The notes beneath the pieces were generated by a model that saw only the letters and a list, made by a program, of their open reading frames with translations, had not been told where the DNA came from and ran no database searches. Shown piece by piece: positions 30,181 through 40,444 of a DNA stretch of 64,000 nucleotides. Source of the DNA: Candidatus Bathyarchaeota archaeon. GTDB taxonomy: Archaea > Thermoproteota > Bathyarchaeia > TCS64. Location of the stretch: NCBI GenBank assembly GCA_963771885.1, contig CAVYVF010000007.1, forward strand, positions 96,001-160,000, written 5' to 3'. Within the stretch, counting starts at the first letter, position 1; each line of letters starts with the position of its first letter. Made by a program: the position numbers and the translations under genes.

Positions 30181-31722
30181 ATGCCAAGCAACGAGTTCTA
30201 TCTGAGCCAGTTCCAGGCAAGGAGCAAGATCAACCCCCCGAAGCGAGTAATCATCTTCGACACGTCGATGAGGGATGGAGAGCAGACCCCAGGCGTGACA
30301 TACACGAATGACGAGAAGATCGAGATAGCGCGCAAGCTCGACGAGCTCGGAGTGCCCAAGATCGAGGCGAGCTTCGCCATCTCGAGCGAGGGCGAGGCCG
30401 AGGCGACTAAGAAGATACAGAAGCTCGGCTTAACCAGCTTGATAACTACGCTCGCAAGACCCCTAAAGGAGGATATCGACAAAGCTCTCTGGTGTGACGT
30501 ACCTTATGTTCACATATTCATCAGCACGAGTGACTTGCACATCCAGACGATGATGAAGACGACCCGGGAGGAGGTTCTTAGACAGAGCGTCGAGGGCATC
30601 GAATACGCCCGAGACCACGGGCTTCGAGTCGAGTACAGTCCACAGGACGCGACGCGCACGGACATGGATTACTTGATCGAGATATGCAAGGCTGCGGAGG
30701 ACGCCGGAGCGGAGATGCTGAACATTCCCGACACAGTCGGCGTCATGACGCCCCGCATGACATTCGAATTCTTCAGCGAGCTGAAGAAGCACGTGAAGAC
30801 TCCCCTAAGCGCTCACGCTCACAACGACCTCGGGCAGGCGGTTGCGAACACACTCGCCGCCATCGAGGCGGGTGCCGAGCAGGCTCATGTCACAATCAAC
30901 GGTCTCGGCGAGCGCGCGGGCAACGCGAGTCTGGAGCAGGTCGCGGTCTGCCTTGAGAGCCAGTACAGGATACCCACGGGCATAAACTTCGGCAAGATCG
31001 CCGAGGTATCCGAGATGATACAGCACTACAGCGGCATCTACCTCCCGCCAACGACGCCCATCGTCGGCGACAACGCCTTCGCCCACGAGTCCGGCATCCA
31101 CGTCCACGGCCTCCTAGCACACAGCGGCAACTACGAGATACTGAGCCCCGAGTTTGTGGGCAAGAAGCGCCGTATCGTGGCTGGTAAGCACGCTGGGCGC
31201 CACGGTATCGGCAGCATGGTCGAGGGCATGGGCTTCCGCCCGAGCAAGGATCAGTTAAAGCTCATCGCGGAGGCTGTGAAGGCACTGGGTGACTCGGGTA
31301 AGAGTGTAACAGACACCGACCTCTACGCCATAACGAAGAATATCATGAACATCAAGGGCGAGGAACGCGTAAAGCTCAAGGAGCTAGTCGTGGTGACAGG
31401 AAACACGGTCACGCCGACCGCCTCGGCAATCCTAATCATCGACGGCAAGGAATACGCAGGCGCCAGTATTGGAAACGGCCCCATAGACGCCGCCGTAAAA
31501 GCCCTCACAAACGTCGAGAAGGGCTTCCGCGACATGAGCCTCGAGAAGTTCAACATGAAAGCCATCACGGGAGGCACAAACGCAGTTGCCGACGTCACTG
31601 TGAGCATGCGCCGCAACGGGCGCCACGTCACCGCGAGCAGCGTCAGCGGAGACACCGTCATGGCGAGCGTCGAAGCAATCCTCAAAGGCATGAACAGGCT
31701 GCTGGAGACCGAAGAAGAATGA
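30181..31722 (+). CDS. leuA: 2-isopropylmalate synthase (or citramalate synthase)
   Basis: FDTSMRDGEQTPG, HAHNDLG, GLGERAGNA, AHESGIH, C-terminal regulatory domain GNGPIDA. Confidence 0.88.
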   Translation: MPSNEFYLSQFQARSKINPPKRVIIFDTSMRDGEQTPGVTYTNDEKIEIARKLDELGVPKIEASFAISSEGEAEATKKIQKLGLTSLITTLARPLKEDIDKALWCDVPYVHIFISTSDLHIQTMMKTTREEVLRQSVEGIEYARDHGLRVEYSPQDATRTDMDYLIEICKAAEDAGAEMLNIPDTVGVMTPRMTFEFFSELKKHVKTPLSAHAHNDLGQAVANTLAAIEAGAEQAHVTINGLGERAGNASLEQVAVCLESQYRIPTGINFGKIAEVSEMIQHYSGIYLPPTTPIVGDNAFAHESGIHVHGLLAHSGNYEILSPEFVGKKRRIVAGKHAGRHGIGSMVEGMGFRPSKDQLKLIAEAVKALGDSGKSVTDTDLYAITKNIMNIKGEERVKLKELVVVTGNTVTPTASAILIIDGKEYAGASIGNGPIDAAVKALTNVEKGFRDMSLEKFNMKAITGGTNAVADVTVSMRRNGRHVTASSVSGDTVMASVEAILKGMNRLLETEEE

Positions 31723-32981
31723 GCCAGACAGTAAGCCAAAAGATACTTGCTGACCACGCTGGATTGAAGAGCGTCGAACCCGGCGAGATAGTAAAAGCGA
31801 AGATAGATATTGCGATGGCCCCCGACCTCACCGCCGTCATCGCGTACCATGCGATGAAGGAGATGGGCCTCAAGAAGGTCTGGGATAAGAACAAGGTCGT
31901 CTTCCTTAACGACCATATCTCCCCCGCTACGAACGTGCAGAACGCGACGCTTCACAAGCAGTGCAGGGAGATAGCCAAAACGGAGGACTTTACATTCTTC
32001 TACGACATCAATGCCGGGGTCTGCCATCAGGTACTCCCGGAGAAGGGGCACGTCTGGCCCGGGATGCTCCTCGTAGGTGCTGACAGCCACACATGCACAC
32101 ACGGCGCATTCGGCGCCTTCGCCACGGGCATAGGCTCCACGGATATGGGCGCGGCGCTCGGCACTGGGAAACTGTGGTTCAAGGTCCCAGAGACAATCCG
32201 GGTCGAGGTGAATGGACAGCTGGCTCAACACGTAGCCCCCAAGGATGTTGTCCTAAAGACCGCGAAGGAAATCGGCGCGGATGGCGCCACATACATGGCG
32301 ATCGAGTTCGGCGGCGAAACCATCCGAGCCATGAGCATGGCGGGCAGAATGACCCTATGCAACATGGCAATAGAGATGGGCGGAAAGACAGGCATCGTCG
32401 AGCCAGACCGGATCACAGACGCCTTCCTCAGGGACCGCGTCAGGAACAAGTACAAGATAATCAAGTCCGACCCCAACGCCGAGTATGTAAAGAGGGTCGA
32501 GATCGACGCCTCTGCGCTCGAACCACAGGTCGCGTGTCCCCACGCCGTCGACAACGTCAAGGACGTCACAAAGGTCGCTGGTACGAAGGTCGACCAGGTC
32601 TTCATAGGCTCGTGTACGAACGGACGCGTCGAGGACCTTGAAGAGGCAGCGAAGATACTCAGGGGCAAGAGAATAAGCAGGGACGTGCGCCTCATGGTCA
32701 CACCCAGCAGTTACGAGGTATACGACGAAGCCAACTCAAAGGGCATCATAAAGACCCTGATGGACGCTGGCGGGGTCGTCTGCAACCCGAGCTGCGGCGC
32801 ATGCTTCGGAGGCAACAATGGCGTCATCGCACCTGGTGAGGTCAGCCTCTCCACCAGCAACCGCAACTTCAGGGGCCGCCAGGGTAGCACGGAGGGATTC
32901 GTCTACCTCTGCAGCCCCGCAACAGCCGCTGCGTCGGCGATTACTGGGGTCATCAGCGACCCAAGGGAGGTCAAACAATGA
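31719..32981 (+). CDS. leuC: 3-isopropylmalate dehydratase large subunit
   Basis: DSHTCTHGA, IGSCTNGR, CGACFG, STSNRNFRGRQG. Confidence 0.92.
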   Translation: MSQTVSQKILADHAGLKSVEPGEIVKAKIDIAMAPDLTAVIAYHAMKEMGLKKVWDKNKVVFLNDHISPATNVQNATLHKQCREIAKTEDFTFFYDINAGVCHQVLPEKGHVWPGMLLVGADSHTCTHGAFGAFATGIGSTDMGAALGTGKLWFKVPETIRVEVNGQLAQHVAPKDVVLKTAKEIGADGATYMAIEFGGETIRAMSMAGRMTLCNMAIEMGGKTGIVEPDRITDAFLRDRVRNKYKIIKSDPNAEYVKRVEIDASALEPQVACPHAVDNVKDVTKVAGTKVDQVFIGSCTNGRVEDLEEAAKILRGKRISRDVRLMVTPSSYEVYDEANSKGIIKTLMDAGGVVCNPSCGACFGGNNGVIAPGEVSLSTSNRNFRGRQGSTEGFVYLCSPATAAASAITGVISDPREVKQ

Positions 32982-33469
32982 AGATAAACGGCAAGGCTTG
33001 GAACTACGGCGACAATATTAACACCGACTTCATGCTCCCCGGCAAGTACCTCGAGTACACAGATCCGAAGGAACTAGCTAAGCACGCCATGGAGGGTATA
33101 GACCCCTCCTTCGCGAAGAAGGTGCAGAAGGGCGACATCGTCGTAGGGGGCAAGAATATGGGCCTCGGCTCTAGCCGGGAGCATGCGCCAATCGCGTTGA
33201 AGCATGCCGGCGTCGGCGCAGTCGTCGCGGAGAACTTTGCTAGGATCTTCTACCGTAACTCCTTCAACGTTGGGCTCGCAGCCATCGAGTGCCCCGGAAT
33301 CTCGAAGGTGAAAACAGGCGACGATGTCGAGATCGACACAGCAGCCGGCACTGTAACCATCAACGGGAAGGAGAAGCTGGCGATCAAACCGCTCCCCGAC
33401 TTCATGGTGCAACTACTAGCCGAGGGCGGGCTTGTACCATACCTTAAAGCGCACATGAAGGAGTGGTAG
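32978..33469 (+). CDS. leuD: 3-isopropylmalate dehydratase small subunit
   Basis: GDNINTD, PGKYLEY, GSSREHA, FARIFYRN. Confidence 0.92.
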   Translation: MKINGKAWNYGDNINTDFMLPGKYLEYTDPKELAKHAMEGIDPSFAKKVQKGDIVVGGKNMGLGSSREHAPIALKHAGVGAVVAENFARIFYRNSFNVGLAAIECPGISKVKTGDDVEIDTAAGTVTINGKEKLAIKPLPDFMVQLLAEGGLVPYLKAHMKEW

Positions 33470-33473
33470 CTGC

Positions 33474-34490
33474 ATGGCGAAGTATAGGGTCGCGGTCATA
33501 CCCGGCGATGGCATCGGCCCCGAGGTCATGTCCGCCGCAGTCTCCGTGTTGACGGAGATGCAGGACAAATCAGGCAGGTTCGGCTTCGAGTTCAAGGAGT
33601 ACCTAGCGGGGGACGATTACAAGGCGAAGACCGGCTGCGCTATGACCGAGGAGACTTTTGAGGCAGTGAAGGCTTCGGATGTTTGCTTATTCGCGGCCGT
33701 TGGCGCGACGGCAAAGGAGGTTATTATACCTCTCCGCCAGCGACTCAACCTCTACGCGAACATACGCCCCGCCAAAGTGTACCCTAATGTCCCCAACGTC
33801 AAGGGTCAGATGGACATGATCATGGTCCGCGAGAATACAGAGTGCCTCTACAAGAGGATACAGGACGGTGGACCCGATTGGGGCGTGGCAATGAGGGTGA
33901 TCACGCGCCAGGCTTCTGAGAGGATCGCAAAGTACGCCTTCGAGCTAGCCCGAAGAGAGGGGCGCAAGAAGGTCACATGCGTCCACAAGTCAAACATGAT
34001 GGAGACTACATGTGGCCTCTTCCAAGACAGCTGCCAGAAGGTCGCCGCCAACTACAAAGACGTCACCTACAACGAAGAGATAGTCGACGCCTGCGCCATG
34101 AAGATGGTCATGTACCCAGAGAAGTTCGACGTAGTCGTGACGACGAACCTCTTCGGCGACATACTTAGCGACCTCGCCGCGGGCGTCGTCGGCGGGCTGG
34201 GAATGGCCCCCTCTGCGAACATCGGGGACAAGATGGCGATCTTCGAGCCCGTCCACGGCAGCGCACCCGACATCGCGGGAAAAGGCATAGCTAACCCCAT
34301 CGCCCAGATGCTCAGCGCGGGCATGATGCTCGACTGGCTCGGCGAGAAGAAGGCTGCGAAGGCACTCGAGGCCTCTATCGTTGAGGTCCTCATGGAGGGC
34401 AAGACGCTGACCCCAGACCTCAAGGGCAATGCGAAGACAGCAGACATCGCCACTGCAGTAATAAAGCGCCTCGGCGACAAATCCTACTAA
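33474..34490 (+). CDS. leuB: 3-isopropylmalate dehydrogenase
   Basis: PGDGIGPEV, VRENTE, NLFGDILSDL, FEPVHGSAPDIAG. Confidence 0.9.
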   Translation: MAKYRVAVIPGDGIGPEVMSAAVSVLTEMQDKSGRFGFEFKEYLAGDDYKAKTGCAMTEETFEAVKASDVCLFAAVGATAKEVIIPLRQRLNLYANIRPAKVYPNVPNVKGQMDMIMVRENTECLYKRIQDGGPDWGVAMRVITRQASERIAKYAFELARREGRKKVTCVHKSNMMETTCGLFQDSCQKVAANYKDVTYNEEIVDACAMKMVMYPEKFDVVVTTNLFGDILSDLAAGVVGGLGMAPSANIGDKMAIFEPVHGSAPDIAGKGIANPIAQMLSAGMMLDWLGEKKAAKALEASIVEVLMEGKTLTPDLKGNAKTADIATAVIKRLGDKSY

Positions 34491-34671
34491 CTCGGCTTTC
34501 AGGATGAAGTCCGTCCCGAACCTTAATTCGACTTGTACGTTAAAACGCCGCCGTGCGCTTCGACTGCTTTATTGTTGATGAATAACCCAAGACCCGCGTG
34601 TGCATGCCAGCAAACCCCAAAACCTTTTAAACGAAGCTCGACGCATACCGAGACGGGAGCAAGAATGTCCG

Positions 34672-35151
34672 GTGAACGTTTCCTCCAGCGCTAAGGCTGG
34701 ATTCTACCCGACTCCCGAATCAAAGAACCTAGTGCAATCCCTCAACGACTTGAAGAGGGAGTTATCCAGATTCGGGAAGACAAACCCAGATAGGATTGGC
34801 TACAACCGATTGGTGAAGAACGTCGACTCTCTGGAGGAGTCGCTTAAGGAGCATTACCGCGAGCTCTACGCGATGGAAGGCGCCCTAGAGGCAGCTTCCA
34901 CCCGCAGGCTCACGGAAAAGCAGCGGATGATGCTCCGAATAGTGGCAGAAGTCCAGGGTGACACCCTCTACACGACCCTCATAGACAGGGTCTCGGAGGA
35001 GCTCAACATACCCAAGTCGACGGTAAGATGGAACCTTAAAGGGCTTCGCGACGCGGGGCTAATCGCCGCGGGTGACCGAGACAATAAGGGCATCCCAGTC
35101 AGACTCACCGAGTCGGGGAGAGTCATGACCGGCTTCGTCACCCCCGGATAG
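34672..35151 (+). CDS. Winged helix-turn-helix protein with N-terminal coiled coil
   Basis: LTEKQRMML...IPKSTVRWNLKGLRDAGLI...PVRLTESG; TATA-like TTTTAAA at ~34625 favours GTG 34672. Confidence 0.75.
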   Translation: MNVSSSAKAGFYPTPESKNLVQSLNDLKRELSRFGKTNPDRIGYNRLVKNVDSLEESLKEHYRELYAMEGALEAASTRRLTEKQRMMLRIVAEVQGDTLYTTLIDRVSEELNIPKSTVRWNLKGLRDAGLIAAGDRDNKGIPVRLTESGRVMTGFVTPG

Positions 35152-35257
35152 GCTACAGCCCTAAAGACTCAAATTCGCCCAACCTCCATCTATTTTAGGC
35201 TCCGCCGTCTGGGACGGGAGAGCCGATTCGAAGTCCGGGTAAGGAGAATTTCACAGA

Positions 35258-35500
35258 ATGTCCGTCAAAGCATACATCATGATAAACGTCAAGACCGGAA
35301 CCGAGGACGCTGTCTGCGAGAAGGTCCTCAAGTTCAATGAGGTAGAGGAGGCGGCCGCCATCTACGGCGAGTTCGACCTCGTAATCAAGGTGAAGGCGAA
35401 GGACATGAACCATCTCGACAAACTTATTGTTGATAAGCTGAGGGGGATCCCCGACATTCTCCTCACGGCGACGATGCTGATCGCCAAGGAGTATAAGTAG
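35258..35500 (+). CDS. Stand-alone Lrp/AsnC ligand-binding (RAM) domain protein
   Basis: KAYIMINV, YGEFDLVIKV, LRGIPDI..TATM; 80 aa, no HTH. Confidence 0.9.
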   Translation: MSVKAYIMINVKTGTEDAVCEKVLKFNEVEEAAAIYGEFDLVIKVKAKDMNHLDKLIVDKLRGIPDILLTATMLIAKEYK

Positions 35501-35502
35501 CT

Positions 35503-35520
35503 CCCGTAAAGTTTAATATA
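35503..35520 (+). promoter_or_regulatory. BRE/TATA promoter of tRNA-Asp
   Basis: CCCGTAAAG-TTTAATATA ending 27 nt before the tRNA. Confidence 0.7.
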
Positions 35521-35547
35521 GAAACCCCCTTCATTTGCTTGGCGCGT

Positions 35548-35626
35548 GCCCTGGTAGTATAGTCCGGCCTAGTATGTTCGGCTGTCACCCGAAAGATCCC
35601 GGGTCCAAATCCCGGCCAGGGCGCCA
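35548..35626 (+). tRNA. tRNA-Asp(GTC), encoded CCA, no intron
   Basis: Acceptor GCCCTGG/CCAGGGC + G + CCA; anticodon arm TTCGG-CTGTCAC-CCGAA; T-arm CCGGG-TCCAAAT-CCCGG. Confidence 0.95.
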
Positions 35627-35733
35627 CTCCTCTAGAGTCTTGTTGTCTCATTTATTGGCACAATATTTTCCGACCGGCGTTGATTACTTGTTCTTACGAA
35701 TTTGCTTTGGTTTTTCGGTATAACCCCTTCCCT

Positions 35734-37513
35734 TTAGAGTGTGGCTTCGAGCTGGTCAGCGAACTCGTCAAACTGCTGTATACCCTTACGCCAGAACTCC
35801 TCTTTCGTCACGTCAAAGCCGAGCTCCTCGGCGAGATCGATGGGGCTCCTGCTGGAGCCAGCGGATAGCAGGGCGTTCATCTTTGGGACGAACTTCTTGC
35901 CCTGCTCCTTGAATAGGCGGTAGAGGGCGAAGACGAAGAGCTGGGCGTAGACGTATGGGTAGTTGTAGAAGCGGTAGTTGGGTATGTAATAGTGGAGCTT
36001 CATGGTCCACTCCCACTTCATCTCGGGGAGCCACTCGACGGCGTCCCCGTAAATCTTGTCACGGCCCGCAGTCCAGAGGCTGGAGACCGTTTCCCCGTCT
36101 AGGAACTTTCCTGCCTTTATGGCGTCGTACATGCTTTGTTCGAAGAAGACGCGTGCGCTCACCTGATAGGCGGCCATGCCGAACTCGTCGAGGACATTTG
36201 CGAGGATAGCCTGCTTCTCCTCCCTCGTCTTGGCTTCGGCGAGTAGCCTGTCTGTGAGCAGGAGCTCTCCGAATACGCTCGCCGTCTCCGCGATACAGCT
36301 GCCTATCTCGTAATTGCTGGGCTTCTGGTGACGTGAGCCGAGGTAAGCGTGGACGGCGTGACCTAGTTCGTGTGCCTGGGTATAGACGTCCCCCATCTGG
36401 CCGTTGAAGCTTTGGAGAACGTATGCACTCTTACCCGCGAGCCATGTGGAGCAGAATGCACCACTGCGCTTACCCGTGCGTACCTCGCCGTCTATGTGGC
36501 GGCGCCCGTACATCTCGTCGACGTATTCCGCCCAGACTGGGTCGAAGCTCCTGTAGGCGGAGACTACCTCTTTCCTCGACTCTTCCCAAGTATACTTCTT
36601 CTCGGGCGCCTTGGGGAGGGGGGCGACTATGTCCCAGTTGCCAAGCTTCTCCAGACCCATGAGCCTCGCCTTGAGGCGGAGGTACCGACGGTATGATTCT
36701 ACGCTGTCCTCCATAGTCTTCATAAGGGCGTCGATCGCACCCTGCTCGACGTCGTTGTCTATTAGGCTCTGCGTCATCGGAGAGGGCCATTTCCTCCACT
36801 CGCACATCTGGATATGGTCGCCGCAGACGCTGCGTATGGCGCTCGCCCAGACAATATCATCCTTCCCGAGGCCGTCGTAGACGACCCTGTTCGCCTCCTG
36901 TCTGAGCGCTCTGTCCCTGCTCTGGTAGAGAGCTATGATCTCTCCATAAGGCATCGTCTTCTCGACGCCATCGACCAATATCTTGAACTTGCGGGTGCTA
37001 AGCCAGTCCCCCTGAAGCTGTGACCATGCGCTGACGCCGTTCTGGTCCTTTGATATGGTAGAGCTTCTCTAGTTCCTCAGTCATCACGTGGGGTATGCGG
37101 AGGACAACGCGTTCGAGGAGGTGGCTGTACTCCTTTAGCTTGGAATCCTTGACAAGGGCAGGTTTTGCCTTGAGTAGGGCACCTAGCTCTATCTCCAAGA
37201 AGGCGAGTGCCTGCCCCGCCTTGTTGCCCGCCTTGCGCACTGCTTCATAGAGCCTCTTCGAGATCGGGTCGACGGAGTTGGCGCTGTATCGGAGCCCGCA
37301 GTACTCCATTGCGCCCTCGTATCTGAGCGTAAAGGCGTCCCGGGCCTCAAGCAGTTCAAGTAGCCTCTCGGCGTCTAGCCCTGTTATCTTCCCCCTATAC
37401 CTCTCGGCGAGCCTATTCGCCTCGCCGACCATCTCCTCCAGCCTCGCCTCTATCCATTCGGGTTCGGTGCTCTCAACGAGCTGTGCCAGGTCCCATCGCA
37501 TAGCCTCAGACAA
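35734..37513 (-). CDS. pepF: M3 family oligoendopeptidase F, one frameshift near 37060
   Basis: N-terminal WDL; GKRSGAFC, AHELGHAVH, AETAS, FYNYPY; the two ORFs join with one indel. Confidence 0.9.
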
Positions 37514-37603
37514 TCAGATCCCTCTGCACCTTGTTTGCTCGCCTACCGTTTAATCGTTGCCCGCAGGAGATGGGTTTAAGCGCCGTCTTGCGGTTTTCGA
37601 TTC

Positions 37604-38092
37604 GTGGTCGATACTCGGCTGCTCAGCCGCTGCGGCATCTACTGCGGCGCATGCTACGTCTACAGGGCGCAGAGGGACGGCGGCGCCCTTCTCGAAGAGG
37701 TGTCTAAGCGGTTCGGAGTTCCGTCAGAGAAGATAAAGTGTAACGGCTGCTCCGGCCCCTACGAAGAACAGTGGCCGAACTGCCAAAAGTGTGCCTTCAA
37801 GGTCTGCCAAAGGCGACGCGGCGTCGATAACTGCACCCAATGCGCCGACTTTGACTTCTGCTCCGATTACCGGCAGTTCGCCGACTTCACCGCCTACAGG
37901 GGTGAGAACGTTAGAGCGAGTCTCAGGAGGATTGAATCCGGTGAGGGTGAGGAGTGGCTTAGGGAGCAGGAGGAACGCTGGACATGCCCGAGATGCAACT
38001 ACCCGCTGATGTGGTACGATAACGTTTGCCGCAAGTGTAACTGGAAGATACGGGAGAAGCCGATCACAATGGACGGCAACTCTGAGAAGTGA
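37604..38092 (+). CDS. Cys-rich DUF3795-like protein
   Basis: CGIYCGAC, CNGC, C..C..C, CPRC...CRKC. Confidence 0.8.
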   Translation: MVDTRLLSRCGIYCGACYVYRAQRDGGALLEEVSKRFGVPSEKIKCNGCSGPYEEQWPNCQKCAFKVCQRRRGVDNCTQCADFDFCSDYRQFADFTAYRGENVRASLRRIESGEGEEWLREQEERWTCPRCNYPLMWYDNVCRKCNWKIREKPITMDGNSEK

Positions 38093-38644
38093 TTAAGCTT
38101 TCAGGGTCTTGACAGCGTCGAAACCCGTAGCGTGTGCCTCCTTCATGAGCTCGGCGTCCATCATAGCCGCCATCTTCGAGCCGGCGCCGCCCGTCTGCAG
38201 GACCTTGTACTTCTCCATGTTTAGGTAGTCGAGCATCTCCTCGAAGGTCTTAACCATGAGGTCGGCGTAGATGGGTCCCCCTCCCGAGGAGACTGCTAGT
38301 ATGATCCTCTTCCCCGCGAAGACGTCTCTCGGCACGGAGTACCACCTGTCGATGAATGCCTTCATCTGCGCTGTCGCGCCCCACCAGTAGACGGGCGTCG
38401 CGAGGACCCAAACCCTTGACGCCTTCATCGACTCAATCATTGGCGCCATGTCGTCCTTCTGGATGCATACGTGTGTCCGGGAGCAGGCGTTGCAGGCTCT
38501 GCAGGGGTTGACCTCCTTTTCGGCGAGGACGAATTTCTCAGTCTGCGCCCCCGCCTCAGCCGCGCCTCTTAAAACCTCGTCAAGTATCGTCTCGGTGTTG
38601 CCGCCCCTACGCGGGCTGCCCGCTATCCCGAGTACCTTCGTCAT
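38093..38644 (-). CDS. Iron-sulfur flavoprotein / flavodoxin family
   Basis: GSPRRGGNT, CRACNAC..C, ATPVYW, KAFIDR. Confidence 0.88.
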   Translation of the reverse strand: MTKVLGIAGSPRRGGNTETILDEVLRGAAEAGAQTEKFVLAEKEVNPCRACNACSRTHVCIQKDDMAPMIESMKASRVWVLATPVYWWGATAQMKAFIDRWYSVPRDVFAGKRIILAVSSGGGPIYADLMVKTFEEMLDYLNMEKYKVLQTGGAGSKMAAMMDAELMKEAHATGFDAVKTLKA

Positions 38645-39480
38645 TTCTTCTCAAGCGCCTCCCTGAGGACGTTCGAGCCCTTCTGGTAGTCCCTCCAGAG
38701 CTTGCCGCCCGTCACGCCACCGTCCACGAAGAGGTTCTGCCCAGTGACGAACATTGAGTCGTCGCTGGCTAGGAAGAGCGCCGCTTTTGCGACCTCCTCG
38801 GGCATTATGGGGCCGCGGAGTGGCTGGGCGTCCCTGAAGGCGTCCTCGATTATGTGCAGCTTCGCCTCGGCTTGGTCACGTGTAAGGCTCCTTGCGATAC
38901 CGATCATAGGCGTCGGTATGTAGCCGGGGCTAATGCAGTTGACGCGTATACCCACCTCGCCGAGCTCCATGGCTACGCTCTTCGTGAGCTGCATTATCCC
39001 CGCCTTAGAGGCGCTGTAGATGTGGTTGCCGAAGCCCGCGAGGATGGCTGCCGTGCTAGCCGTGTTGATTATGCTACCCGAGCCCTGCCTACGCATGACC
39101 GGCGCAGCGTGCTTGATGCCGAGGAAACAGCCGCGCAAGTTAACCCTGATCGTCTTATCAAAGTCCTCGACCTTGACGCCCTCGATAGGGCCGACGGCGC
39201 CGACGATGCCAGCGTTGTTGAACATAACGTCGAGGTGCCTCCATTTATCCACAGCAGCCTTGACAGTGTCCCGTATATCGTCCTCACTCGTTACATCAGT
39301 GTGGCGGTAGACCACGTTCCCCTCGAAACTCGCGGCGAGTCTTCTCCCTCTCTCGTCTTCGACGTCCGCAACGATTACACTCGCGCCTTCAGATGCGAAG
39401 AGGCGGACAGTCGCCTCGCCTATACCGCTGGCGCCACCTGTGACTATCGCTACCTTATCCTCTAGCCTACCCATAGACAA
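38641..39480 (-). CDS. Short-chain dehydrogenase/reductase
   Basis: TGGASGIG, NNAG, YSASK, IRVNCISPG, VDGG. Confidence 0.93.
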   Translation of the reverse strand: MSMGRLEDKVAIVTGGASGIGEATVRLFASEGASVIVADVEDERGRRLAASFEGNVVYRHTDVTSEDDIRDTVKAAVDKWRHLDVMFNNAGIVGAVGPIEGVKVEDFDKTIRVNLRGCFLGIKHAAPVMRRQGSGSIINTASTAAILAGFGNHIYSASKAGIMQLTKSVAMELGEVGIRVNCISPGYIPTPMIGIARSLTRDQAEAKLHIIEDAFRDAQPLRGPIMPEEVAKAALFLASDDSMFVTGQNLFVDGGVTGGKLWRDYQKGSNVLREALEKK

Positions 39481-39614
39481 TCAGGGAAAATAATGGTGGG
39501 TGTGTATTTCACGCTATCCCGCGCAACATCATCTCCATGACCTGCCCCATGTATGCAATGTAAACATGGAATACCTTATCTCGAAGCACCGATTCCCTGT
39601 TTTTAGTGCTCGCC

Positions 39615-39842
39615 ATGCCCCTCTACAAGATGCTCGACAAGGCCGAGCGGCTCCTCAAGGCCGGAAGAATCGAGCGACTCGACAGTGGGCACTACAATGT
39701 AATAGGAGACCATGGGACGTACACTCTCGTCGTAAAGGAGGGACGCGTTTACTGCAGCTGTCCTGGCTTCCAAGAAAAGGGCGTTTGTAGTCACAGCCTC
39801 GCCGTCATGAAGATGACTCAAGGTCCCCGGAACAAATACTAG
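39615..39842 (+). CDS. SWIM zinc-finger protein
   Basis: CSCPGF...CSH. Confidence 0.85.
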   Translation: MPLYKMLDKAERLLKAGRIERLDSGHYNVIGDHGTYTLVVKEGRVYCSCPGFQEKGVCSHSLAVMKMTQGPRNKY

Positions 39843-39885
39843 CCTACTCGCGCGCGGTCCTCCGGGGTGAGTGGTGTCTTCTTCA

Positions 39886-40350
39886 TCACTTAGCCTTCTT
39901 GGCAAGTGCTGCACCCAGTTCGCGGCACCTCACGAGTATCTCCTTCGTTGGCTCACCAGAGCATCCGAGTGGCTCGCCGACGAGTGTGCCAACATACTTG
40001 AATAGGTTGAGCATGGCGTCCCTTACCTTGCCTCCACCTCCGTGACTGTAGAAGAGGACGTAGGGTTTCTCCTTCATCCCCTTGACGCCCTTTCGAGTGT
40101 GGAGAATATAATGGTCGTCCATGAATGTTTTGAGACCGCCGGCGACGTAGCTGTAGTAGTCGGGGCTACCGAAGGCGACGCAGGTGTACTCTGGGAAGGT
40201 TGAGGCGTCGAACCTGTCCTCGTTTGTGTTGTAGAGTGTGACTTCGCACCCCGATGAGCGCAGTCCCTCCGCCACGGCCTCAGCCATCTTACCCGTGTTC
40301 CCATACTCCTGAGAGTGATATAGAACGAGTGCTTTTACCAAGATTAACAC
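39886..40350 (-). CDS. Flavodoxin domain protein
   Basis: YHSQEYGNTGKMA, FGSPDYY, SHGGGG. Confidence 0.85.
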   Translation of the reverse strand: MLILVKALVLYHSQEYGNTGKMAEAVAEGLRSSGCEVTLYNTNEDRFDASTFPEYTCVAFGSPDYYSYVAGGLKTFMDDHYILHTRKGVKGMKEKPYVLFYSHGGGGKVRDAMLNLFKYVGTLVGEPLGCSGEPTKEILVRCRELGAALAKKAK

Positions 40351-40444
40351 CTGAATAGGATCTTTGCGCGTGCCTTTAATAGGGTTTGAGGTTGGAACTG
40401 AGGCGATACTCTTTTCACGGCACCGGCTGGATCAGGTAGAGACC

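Noticed and set aside
30181..34490. leu-like cluster as lysine (AAA) or coenzyme B chain-elongation genes
   Set aside because: The synthase keeps the C-terminal regulatory domain, the small-subunit loop YLEY resembles LeuD more than the homoaconitase YLRT, and no lysW-type genes are adjacent. A shared role in citramalate/isoleucine synthesis is not excluded.
35548..35733. tRNA-Asp as integration site of a mobile element
   Set aside because: No integrase and no duplicated tRNA 3' end noticed; the flanks are housekeeping genes.
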